From: Oligoflexia bacterium
GTDB lineage: Bacteria; Bdellovibrionota; Bdellovibrionia; JABDDW01
NCBI GenBank assembly: GCA_043732305.1
Contig: JAYTHU010000051.1
Span: 1 to 39,253, forward strand
Reading direction: 5' to 3'
Length of the DNA: 39,253 nucleotides
A program made the position numbers and the translations under genes. Under the pieces are notes generated by a model. The model was not told where the DNA came from, did no database searches, and worked only from the letters and a program-made list of their open reading frames with translations. This document shows, in pieces, positions 1 through 7,244 of the stretch. How positions within the stretch are numbered: position 1 is the first letter of the stretch; every line of letters starts with the position of its first letter.

Positions 1-258
1 GGCCAGACGCTCACTCGTTTTATTGGCGCCTACGCTGAAGGCTCGATGGAGAAAGGGTCGTTCGGCGCAAATACCGGTGGGAGTGAAAACGGCGCGAGAA
101 ATGCCGTGTCTGAAACTGCAAAGGATCGAGCGGATGCCTGGGCTGCGGATCTTAAGAAAGAAAATAAGTGGATTGAGATCGAGGCCGACAGTGAATCGAT
201 TGCGATTCTCAATCAGTCCTTCGTGTTTCGAGATCCGGGGGCGGTGTATGGAAGATAA
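1..258 (+). CDS. C-terminal fragment of a TraB/TrbI/VirB10-like T4SS core protein (5' truncated by window edge)
   Basis: Frame 1 is open from base 1 (GQTLTRFIGAYAEGSMEKG...KWIEIEADSESIAILNQSFVF...). The pattern of helix, Gly-rich loop, helix and IEIEA beta strand resembles VirB10/TraB C-termini. Its stop overlaps the start of the coupling-protein gene. Confidence 0.5.
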   Translation, partial: GQTLTRFIGAYAEGSMEKGSFGANTGGSENGARNAVSETAKDRADAWAADLKKENKWIEIEADSESIAILNQSFVFRDPGAVYGR

Positions 259-1825
259 AAAAGTTTCTGGCGGAAGTACGGATCATTTGGTTGTGATCAG
301 TTGCCTGGTTTTCTTTTTGGTCAAACTTCTAGATAAATTTGAAAGATGGTGGGCGGTTTGGACTAAATCCCCCACTCATCAAGCTACACTTGGTTTAGAG
401 AGCGCTCTTGTAAGTTTTGTTCTTTATTATTATTTGACGTGCAAGCTCGAGATGTTTTCCGCCAAGAAAGTTCACGAGGCTTCGATCTTAGGACCAGCGC
501 ACAACGCAGTTTATTGCGGTGAGACTGTTAAAAGAGAAAGCGTCTTCATTAAAACTAAGCAACGAGCCATGCACACGCAAGTCATTGGCACAACCAATGC
601 TGGAAAGACAGAGTCGGTGATTCTTCCTTGGTCGATCCAAGACATTGAGCAAGGGCGCGGATTGATTCTCATCGACGGAAAATCAGACAGATCATTGCTT
701 GATAAAATTTGGGCTTACGTTGAGAAATCAGGAAGGCAAAAAGATTTTAGACTTTTTTCGCTCAGTAACATCGACGAGTCTTATCAATTCAATCCTTTGA
801 TTGGCGGATCGCCCGAAGAAGTTTCAGAGCGGGTTTTTAATTCATTTGATTTCGATAATCCCCACTACCGAAGCGTGCAATTTGAAGTTTTCTGCCAAGT
901 CATGAGAGTGTTCGACGCCGTCGGCGAAGTGCCGACATTTTTGAGGCTGCATCAAGCGATCACCACGCCCGCGACTCTCAAAGCAATGATGAAAGATCAT
1001 CCGCAAGATCCTTTGAAGACGTGGCTTGATCATTTTTCTTCGATTCCGCTGAAGGAAAGAATCGAGAGCACGAGCGGCTTAACTGCGGCGCTCAGCCATT
1101 TTGCCTTTGGCAGATCATCGTTACTTTTTAATACTGAACATCCGACGATTGATCTAGATGAGGCTCTCGCAAATAACCAGATTATTTATTTTCAATTGCC
1201 GGTGCTCCTCACTCCATTTTTGGGTAAGGCTTCCGGAAAGATGATTCTTCAGTGTTTGCAAAGTGCAATTGCCAATCGGCATCGAGGCCTCAACCGAGTG
1301 CTCCCGTTCTTTTCAGTTTTCTTAGACGATTTCACCGAATACCTTTATCCGGGATTTGTTTCGGTCTTAAATAAATCGAGAAGCGCCAACGTCGGAATTG
1401 TTTTTGCCCATCAAGCCTTGGGCGATATCAAAACTCTTGGTGACGCCATCGCCAATTCAATTCTAACGAACGCGAACATCAAAGTCTTCATGCGCGGCAA
1501 TGACCCGGACTCAGCAGAATATTTCTCGAAAGTCATCGGCACTGAAAAAGCGATCAAGTACACGGAGCGAACCAAGAAAAATATATTGAGGAATGAGGCG
1601 ACCGGCGATGCCTCCGCTCGCGAGGTTGAAGAATTTATTGTTCACCCCAATGTCTTCAAGAACCAGCTCGGTGTCGGTGAAGCGGTAATGATTGTTCCCC
1701 ACGAGAACGGGAGCAAGACAGTGAGTCTCAAATTTCGTAAATACGAGGATCTAGTTCCGCAGAACGCCGTTGCATACGTATATAAAGACCCAGCTGGGGG
1801 ACTGGGTATTCTCCAGCATAGATAA
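248..1825 (+). CDS. Type IV secretion coupling protein (TraD/VirD4/TrwB-like ATPase)
   Basis: Two N-terminal hydrophobic segments, HTQVIGTTNAGKT Walker A, LILIDGKSD, FNPL, VFLDDF Walker B, KSRSANVG..AHQ and AEYFSKVIG motifs. The ATG at 248 overlaps the upstream gene end and is preferred over the TTG at 23. Confidence 0.9.
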   Translation: MEDKKVSGGSTDHLVVISCLVFFLVKLLDKFERWWAVWTKSPTHQATLGLESALVSFVLYYYLTCKLEMFSAKKVHEASILGPAHNAVYCGETVKRESVFIKTKQRAMHTQVIGTTNAGKTESVILPWSIQDIEQGRGLILIDGKSDRSLLDKIWAYVEKSGRQKDFRLFSLSNIDESYQFNPLIGGSPEEVSERVFNSFDFDNPHYRSVQFEVFCQVMRVFDAVGEVPTFLRLHQAITTPATLKAMMKDHPQDPLKTWLDHFSSIPLKERIESTSGLTAALSHFAFGRSSLLFNTEHPTIDLDEALANNQIIYFQLPVLLTPFLGKASGKMILQCLQSAIANRHRGLNRVLPFFSVFLDDFTEYLYPGFVSVLNKSRSANVGIVFAHQALGDIKTLGDAIANSILTNANIKVFMRGNDPDSAEYFSKVIGTEKAIKYTERTKKNILRNEATGDASAREVEEFIVHPNVFKNQLGVGEAVMIVPHENGSKTVSLKFRKYEDLVPQNAVAYVYKDPAGGLGILQHR

Positions 1826-2195
1826 ACTCCAGCGGGAAATAATACATAATCCTCTAAATCGTAATTTCTGAAAACATTAAGTTTTGTCATGTTTGGCCGG
1901 GCTTCATAGAATCGTATCAATTCTTCGCCTTGGCTTACAACCTGCACTATTCAATATTGTGAAAAATTAATGAGTTTTCTACCGTGCTTTGTTCAAGGCC
2001 AGAATCAGCCGCGATTATTACGCTTACTCCGCTACTAAAGCGGTCTGTAACTTCGGAACTTTCTCAGAATTAATATCATTTTTAACGGCTCTATCGGCCG
2101 CTTTACAATACGAATTTTTGAAATTTAGAAACTCGTGACTTATCAAATTAGTCGAACTTACTGAGAAACTTAAAACCCCTCACCCAGGGATTCTA

Positions 2196-2648
2196 ATGAC
2201 TCACGAAAAAGCAAATTTCTATTATTTTGCGCTTATCCAAATGACTCTACTCTCACTCGTCTTGAGCGGCTGCGCCACAACCAACAAAAGCATTGGCCTT
2301 GGCGGTGCAATTGGCGCCGGCACTGGGGCCATCCTCGGTGGCATCGCTGACCCGGGTAAAGACGGCGAATTTAGAACTCGAAACGTCGTGATCGGCGCCG
2401 CTCTTGGTGGGATTGCAGGAATGGTGACAGGCTCAATTATCCACAAGCAAATGGAGGATCAAAAGAAAGAGGCCTTTTTAAAAGGCCAAGCTTCCGCTCC
2501 ACCCCCGCAGAACGGCGTCGCTCCCACTTTGACTCAAGCGAAAGTTCGAACCGATTGGATCGAAGGCCACGCCGTCGGCAACAGGTTTATCGACGGTCAC
2601 TTCGAGTATGTGATTGAAGAAATTCCGCGCTGGGATGTTGGCAAATGA
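2196..2648 (+). CDS. Lipoprotein with glycine zipper and TraV-like C-terminal motif
   Basis: LSGC lipobox; GxxxG repeats (GLGGAIGAGTGAILG, GAALGGIAG); C-terminal VRTDWIE...GHFEYVI...RW resembles the F-type TraV tail. Confidence 0.6.
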   Translation: MTHEKANFYYFALIQMTLLSLVLSGCATTNKSIGLGGAIGAGTGAILGGIADPGKDGEFRTRNVVIGAALGGIAGMVTGSIIHKQMEDQKKEAFLKGQASAPPPQNGVAPTLTQAKVRTDWIEGHAVGNRFIDGHFEYVIEEIPRWDVGK

Positions 2649-3379
2649 AGGCCTATGATCCAAGCGCAGAAATAGAACTCGCGGTCAGATGTGGCTTTTT
2701 ATCAAGATCAGTTTGGAACGATTTTTTCGCAAATGGCAAGCCGCGCTGGCGACGCTATGTTTGGAGTCGACTCATCAGTACCGGCTTGTTTAAGCCCCAC
2801 CAGTCAAGGCGAGCTTTTGATATAATCGTGCCTAACGAAGATCACCCACTGGTTAAAAAACTTTCCGGCGGCGAAATTTCTCACCCGCCACCCATTGCGC
2901 AAATTGACCACGATGAAATTATTGTCAGAAGTTTTTTATTATTAAAGAAACACCAAATAATTCTAAATGCGAAATTTGAGTCTGAACTTAAAAGAGAAGA
3001 TCTGCGGACGCAGCGACATTATAATCCAGCCGATAAGGTTAAGTATCCTGATCTGGTGATTGAAGTTGGCGCTCACGAACTCACAAAAAAAATTGCTATC
3101 GAGCTTGAACTTTCCCGCAAAGAACCAAAACGCTACAGGCAAATGATGAACACTTACATGACCTCAAAGCAATTCTCTTCGGTCATTTTTGTTACGAATC
3201 GAGAGACCATTGAAACCTCGATCGAGTCCGCAATTCGAGAAACTTTTTATCCACGATGGGAGCGCCCGGTAGGATTTGTTGAGCTTGCCGAATGGATTAA
3301 GAATCCGAGCGAAGCGGCGATTGTTGGTGATGGTAAAGTGACTACCTTGGCAATGCTTCGGATCGCTGCGAGTGCTTGA
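2645..3379 (+). CDS. MOB_C / Replic_Relax-like relaxase (wHTH + PD-(D/E)xK nuclease fold)
   Basis: PD-x16-ELELSRKEPKRY matches the MOB_C signature D-x(6-17)-E-x-E-(R/L)-x2-K-x3-R-Y. ATGA overlap with the upstream gene; close to a coupling protein gene. Confidence 0.75.
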   Translation: MKAYDPSAEIELAVRCGFLSRSVWNDFFANGKPRWRRYVWSRLISTGLFKPHQSRRAFDIIVPNEDHPLVKKLSGGEISHPPPIAQIDHDEIIVRSFLLLKKHQIILNAKFESELKREDLRTQRHYNPADKVKYPDLVIEVGAHELTKKIAIELELSRKEPKRYRQMMNTYMTSKQFSSVIFVTNRETIETSIESAIRETFYPRWERPVGFVELAEWIKNPSEAAIVGDGKVTTLAMLRIAASA

Positions 3380-3390
3380 TTTGGTTGGTG

Positions 3391-3423
3391 GTCGTGCCGC
3401 AACTCTGCCGGAGGCGGCACGAT
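3391..3423. repeat. GC-rich inverted repeat/hairpin directly after the relaxase gene
   Basis: TCGTGCCGC (3392-3400) and GCGGCACGA (3414-3422) are perfect 9-bp arms, with an inner CTC/GAG pair. Confidence 0.75.
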
Positions 3424-3479
3424 GTTTGAGATAATCGAAATTCTGAAAAATTATAAATCGAGAAAAATAACCAAGACTT

Positions 3480-3590
3480 ACCGACCGCCGCCCTCAAGTC
3501 ATTGTCCCCTGATCGCAGGAGACCACTCCCACCCTACGAATGGTTGGAAGTGGTCTCCTGCTGGTGACAAGACAGAGGGCGGTGGTGGGT
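3480..3590 (+). repeat. ~110-nt imperfect rod-like inverted repeat (candidate oriT, single-strand origin or structured RNA)
   Basis: Nested arms: 3484-3495/3575-3586 (12 bp, one G.T), 3498-3500/3571-3573, 3502-3506/3566-3570, and 3515-3527/3549-3561 (13 bp perfect). Confidence 0.85.
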
Positions 3591-3610
3591 GGATACAAAG
3601 GAAATAAAGT

Positions 3611-3994
3611 ATGAATGATAATCTAGGAATAAGAGAAGAGAATACAAATACAAATACGAAAACAGATGAGGTCTATCGAATAGCGGTGACGAGAGAGGCT
3701 GAAAAGGCTCTGAATGAATTGCTTGAAAAAGTGAATCACGGTTTTGAAGGCGGCAAAGTAAACCGGACAGAAATGGCAAGCTGGGCCTTAGGTCGAATGA
3801 GCAAAGACTTTGACGATGTCGCACTCCAGGATATACGCGCTGAGCATTTCGACGAGATTGCCGCATTAGAATCACTCTGGCGCAAAGCAAAGGAGACAGG
3901 TAAGGTTTCGAGCGAGATGAAGCTTCTTCTCCTTAGACAGACAGGCTTTGATGGCTCGGGTAAAAAAACCGGCAAATTAAAAATTGACAGATAG
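3611..3994 (+). CDS. Hypothetical protein, possible ribbon-helix-helix relaxosome accessory/regulator
   Basis: Alternating beta strand YRIAVT, then helix REAEKALNELLEK and helix NRTEMASWAL, which fits an RHH pattern. Lies beside the hairpin and the relaxase. Confidence 0.55.
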   Translation: MNDNLGIREENTNTNTKTDEVYRIAVTREAEKALNELLEKVNHGFEGGKVNRTEMASWALGRMSKDFDDVALQDIRAEHFDEIAALESLWRKAKETGKVSSEMKLLLLRQTGFDGSGKKTGKLKIDR

Positions 3995-4013
3995 TACGTC
4001 AATGACGTAACTT
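3984..4013 (+). promoter_or_regulatory. Sigma70-like promoter with overlapping palindromic operator
   Basis: TTGACA at 3984-3989, TAACTT at 4008-4013 (18-nt spacer), and perfect inverted repeat TACGTCA-A-TGACGTA at 3995-4009, just upstream of the HTH gene. Confidence 0.6.
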
Positions 4014-4031
4014 AAATTTGAAGGAAACGAA

Positions 4032-4259
4032 ATGAAACCAGAAGATATTAGGGCCACAAGAGAAAAATTTGAACTAGATCGCAACGAGTTTGCTGAAGTC
4101 TTCGGGCTGTCCTCATACAACAGCGTGTCCAACATTGAACTCGGGCACCGCAATCCAAATAAACTTTTGATTATTATTTTAAAAACTCTGAACGGACTTT
4201 CGAAGTCAAAAGCCTATGACCTAATTGCTTTAATGAGGAAAAATGCTGAGCGTAAATAA
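4032..4259 (+). CDS. Small XRE/Cro-family helix-turn-helix protein
   Basis: IRATREKFELDRNEFAEVFGLSSYNSVSNIELGHRNP is a typical HTH_XRE pattern; AAGGA RBS upstream. Confidence 0.85.
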   Translation: MKPEDIRATREKFELDRNEFAEVFGLSSYNSVSNIELGHRNPNKLLIIILKTLNGLSKSKAYDLIALMRKNAERK

Positions 4260-4485
4260 CTTCCACCTTTGGAATCAATTTATGGCCATGAAAAAAGAAA
4301 AAGATGAAAATCTTCATAATGACAATTTACCGAAAATAATTTTAGTGAAATCCGAAAACCCAAATATAGATCACCAAATAAAATCTGATGAGGTCCGTTA
4401 CTACCTGACTCAAATTATTCTTCTCGCGGATAAAATGGGTCGTCCAAGCAAGAAAGAATTTCCAGAGGTGCCTAGTGCCGCTTAA
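4243..4485 (+). CDS. Small hypothetical protein preceding the recombinase (candidate recombination directionality factor)
   Basis: ORF overlaps both neighbours; contains basic GRPSKK; true start may be ATG 4282 or 4288. Confidence 0.5.
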   Translation: MLSVNNFHLWNQFMAMKKEKDENLHNDNLPKIILVKSENPNIDHQIKSDEVRYYLTQIILLADKMGRPSKKEFPEVPSAA

Positions 4486-6304
4486 AATTGGTGCGTACAT
4501 TCGTGTCAGTACGGAAGAGCAAGCAAATATTGTTGAGGGCTCACTTGTCTCCCAACAACATCGCATGAACGCCTATGTTGATCTCAAAAATCATCAAGAC
4601 AAAACATGGGGAAAGGTCATCGAGTATTATATTGATGACGGTTTTTCTGCAAAAGATACCAAGAGACCTGCGTACCAAAAGATGGTTCGAGATTTGAGAA
4701 CTGGCAAAATCAATTTAATTTTGGTGACGGATCTGTCGCGTCTTTCCAGACACGTAAACGACTTCGGCAGACTTTTAGAAGAATTAGAATCATACAAAGC
4801 TAAATTTCTTTCGATCAAAGAGCAGTTTGATTCGAGCACTCCGGCTGGCGAGATGATGCTGAATAATATGATCAATCTTGCCCAGTTTGAAAGAAAACAA
4901 ACGTCTGAGAGAGTCTCTCTTAATTTCCATTCACGCGCTCTGAGAGGACTTTCTAACGGCGGTTGCAATATTCTTGGCTATGATCGTGATCCAACAAACA
5001 AAGGCAAACTCGTCGTCAATGAGGATGAAGCTCTGGTGGTAAGAAGAGTTTTTGAATTGTACTTGGATTCCCGAAGTTTAAAACAAACGGCAAGACGCTT
5101 GATGGATGAAAATCATTTGCCAAAAGTTCATTCTGAAAAACGCGCGAGACTTGCAAGAGAAGGCAAGTGGACGCTTTACTCAGTGAGATCCATCTTGAAA
5201 AATATGTCTTACGTTGGCCTTCGTGAAATCAATAAAAAGAATGAAAACGAAGATCAAGAGTACATTAAGCCTTGGCAGAAATACCAAGTTGTTAAAGCCG
5301 TCTGGCCGGCGATAGTTTCTAGCACGGTCTTTGAGGAGTCTCAAAAAGCTCTCGAGGAAGGCCGTCTTGTTGAAAATCAGCGACTCAGCACGGCCGAGAG
5401 CCGGGTGTTTTTGTTATCTGGAATAATAAGGTGTGAGGCTTGCGGTCGCGCACTGATGGGACAAAGTGCACATGGCTCAACCAAAGTTCATCGTTACTAT
5501 GGTCATTCAAAGTATGATTTGAATGGTAACGCCTGCACGGTAAAAAATGTTCGTGCCGATGATATTGAAACCGCCGTGCTCAACTATTTGGATGAGATTT
5601 TATTAGAATCTGGTCATCTCAACAGAATTGAAAATAACATCAAATCTTTTTTAATGGCGTCGAATGACGATCTAAAAAAGAACAAAGAGTTAAAAGAAAA
5701 ATCTCTCTTTGCGCTCGAGGCTGAAATCGAGTCTGCACTTAAGTTTCAGTTCTCATTAGACGCAAAATCCCAGACCGCTCAGCTCTTGGCTGAGAAGCTT
5801 GAGAAAATGGCCGAACAGAGAAAGCTTTTAAAGACAGCGGTAGAGTCAGTCAAAGACCGACTCAATGCTGGCGGGGAAGCAAAGGCTGCCAGATTAGATC
5901 TTGAAGACAGTCTTCAGAAGTTTAAACGCGGTTGGAAGAAAGCCAATCCCATCGTTCAAAAAAGATTCTTGAGAAGAATGATCGATTGTCTGATCTACAC
6001 GCCAAATGGGATCAAAGCTTACTATCATTCTGCCGTTGCCGAACAATCTCATGACCAATTGAAGACAACAAAAAAGGCCGGGGAGCAATCGCTCTCTGGC
6101 CTTTCTTTTTTGGGCATCAACCAGTCCCTTCGGAGGGCACTGGCTAGTTCGAGCTTAAGGGTTGGGAATTTGTCTGCGTTTGAAATTGGTGCGGCCGACT
6201 GGATTCGAACCAGTGACCCTCAGATTCGTAGTCTGATATTCTATCCAGCTGAACTACGGCCGCTAATGTCAAAAAATCTATTGAGATCTCAACGCATAGC
6301 ATGA
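4475..6304 (+). CDS. Large serine recombinase (integrase)
   Basis: YIRVST catalytic serine motif, DDGFSA..KRP, DLSRLSR, AQFER, LGYD recombinase domain, CEACG zinc ribbon and coiled coil. GTG start with GAGG RBS. The 3' end overlaps tRNA-Arg on the opposite strand. Confidence 0.95.
   Translation: MPLKIGAYIRVSTEEQANIVEGSLVSQQHRMNAYVDLKNHQDKTWGKVIEYYIDDGFSAKDTKRPAYQKMVRDLRTGKINLILVTDLSRLSRHVNDFGRLLEELESYKAKFLSIKEQFDSSTPAGEMMLNNMINLAQFERKQTSERVSLNFHSRALRGLSNGGCNILGYDRDPTNKGKLVVNEDEALVVRRVFELYLDSRSLKQTARRLMDENHLPKVHSEKRARLAREGKWTLYSVRSILKNMSYVGLREINKKNENEDQEYIKPWQKYQVVKAVWPAIVSSTVFEESQKALEEGRLVENQRLSTAESRVFLLSGIIRCEACGRALMGQSAHGSTKVHRYYGHSKYDLNGNACTVKNVRADDIETAVLNYLDEILLESGHLNRIENNIKSFLMASNDDLKKNKELKEKSLFALEAEIESALKFQFSLDAKSQTAQLLAEKLEKMAEQRKLLKTAVESVKDRLNAGGEAKAARLDLEDSLQKFKRGWKKANPIVQKRFLRRMIDCLIYTPNGIKAYYHSAVAEQSHDQLKTTKKAGEQSLSGLSFLGINQSLRRALASSSLRVGNLSAFEIGAADWIRTSDPQIRSLIFYPAELRPLMSKNLLRSQRIA
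6076..6111 (+). terminator. Intrinsic-terminator-like hairpin inside the recombinase ORF
   Basis: GGCCGGGGAGC-AATC-GCTCTCTGGCC (11 bp, two G.U on the + strand) followed by TTTCTTTTTT and preceded by an A-run, so it may be bidirectional. Confidence 0.6.
6187..6263 (-). tRNA. tRNA-Arg (anticodon ACG), 77 nt with encoded CCA
   Basis: Reverse complement GCGGCCGTAGTTCAGCTGGATAGAATATCAGACTACGAATCTGAGGGTCACTGGTTCGAATCCAGTCGGCCGCACCA has acceptor stem GCGGCCG/CGGCCGC, anticodon arm TCAGA-CTACGAA-TCTGA and T-loop TTCGAAT. Confidence 0.97.
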
Positions 6305-6380
6305 GCCAAAAGGGATTTGCAACTACTGATTCCTGCAGTTACCCTAAAGCCCAATTCAGTCAAAAATAAAAGGGGAAGCC

Positions 6381-7193
6381 ATGGATATGATTCATAGTTT
6401 GATACTTGGGGTAGTGCAGGGAATTGCCGAGTTTTTGCCTATTTCCAGTTCGGCTCACTTGATCATCATTCCTTGGCTCTTGGGTTGGTCTGAAGACGGT
6501 GGGCTGACTTTCGATGTGGCACTCCACTTTGGAACGCTCATAGCCATCATTGTGTACTTTCGTCATGAGTGGGTTCATCTGGTGAAAACCTTTTTCCGTG
6601 TGGGTTTCAAGGGAAAAACTAGCGACGAAAAAATGCCTTGGTTTTTGATTCTTGCGACCATTCCGGGGGCGATCTTTGGATTGCTGCTGGAGAAAAAGGC
6701 GGAAACGACTTTTAGAAATCCTGGAACCATCGGGGCAACCCTTGCCATTATGGGCGTGATGCTCTATTTGGCAGATCGTTTTTCCAAGCGATCGAAGAAT
6801 CTCGCTCAGATCACGTTACAGGACATACTCCTGATCGGATTTGCACAAGGGTTTGCACTCGTCCCGGGAGTATCACGAGCGGGCGTGACCATCATGGTGG
6901 GGCTTCTCTGTGGCCTCGATCGGGAATCTGCTGCGAAGTTTTCTTTTTGGCTCGCCATGCCCATAACAGCCGGAGCTTGTCTTTTAAAATTGAGACATCT
7001 TCACGGGGCAGATCTCACGCCAGAATTCCTCGTTGGAGTTGGTGCCGCCGCAGTGTTTGGTTTCTTGTCTATTGGTGGACTCATTCGGTTTTTGCAGAAA
7101 AGGTCCTACGGAGTGTTTGCATTTTATCGCGTGGTTGTTGGAATTGCGGTCATTGCACTTATTGCTTTGAAAATAAAAAACCCCAGCATTTGA
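6381..7193 (+). CDS. uppP: Undecaprenyl-diphosphate phosphatase (BacA/UppP)
   Basis: GVVQGIAEFLPISSSAHL and ALVPGVSRAG motifs; multiple TM helices. Confidence 0.97.
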   Translation: MDMIHSLILGVVQGIAEFLPISSSAHLIIIPWLLGWSEDGGLTFDVALHFGTLIAIIVYFRHEWVHLVKTFFRVGFKGKTSDEKMPWFLILATIPGAIFGLLLEKKAETTFRNPGTIGATLAIMGVMLYLADRFSKRSKNLAQITLQDILLIGFAQGFALVPGVSRAGVTIMVGLLCGLDRESAAKFSFWLAMPITAGACLLKLRHLHGADLTPEFLVGVGAAAVFGFLSIGGLIRFLQKRSYGVFAFYRVVVGIAVIALIALKIKNPSI

Positions 7194-7204
7194 CTGGGGC
7201 TTTT
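7175..7204. terminator. Likely bidirectional terminator between uppP and the convergent gene
   Basis: AAAAAA-CCCCAG-CATTTGA-CTGGGG-CTTTT. Confidence 0.55.
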
Positions 7205-7244
7205 CTAAAACTAATTTGGCGTACAGGAACTGCTCTTCAGAAAC

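Larger units (their letters stand above)
1..6190. mobile_element. Right-hand part of an integrative conjugative element (T4SS genes, coupling protein, MOB_C-like relaxase, large serine recombinase) adjoining the 3' end of tRNA-Arg; left end lies outside the window
   Basis: Co-oriented conjugation and recombinase genes run up to the CCA end of a tRNA; housekeeping genes (uppP) resume on the other side. The second att copy is not visible, so the boundary is approximate. Confidence 0.8.

Noticed and set aside
23..247. 75-codon N-terminal extension of the coupling-protein ORF
   Set aside because: It overlaps the better-supported frame-1 gene (1-258); ATG 248 gives a normal TM-first coupling protein.
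1642..1947. 101-aa minus-strand ORF
   Set aside because: Mostly antisense to the coupling gene, with no recognisable motif or RBS.
3422..3607. 61-aa ORF across the long hairpin
   Set aside because: Its Pro-run/Gly-run composition is a by-product of the GC-rich inverted repeat; no convincing RBS.
4032..4259. HTH gene as the antitoxin of a toxin-antitoxin pair
   Set aside because: Neither neighbour shows recognisable RelE/HigB, HipA or PIN toxin motifs.
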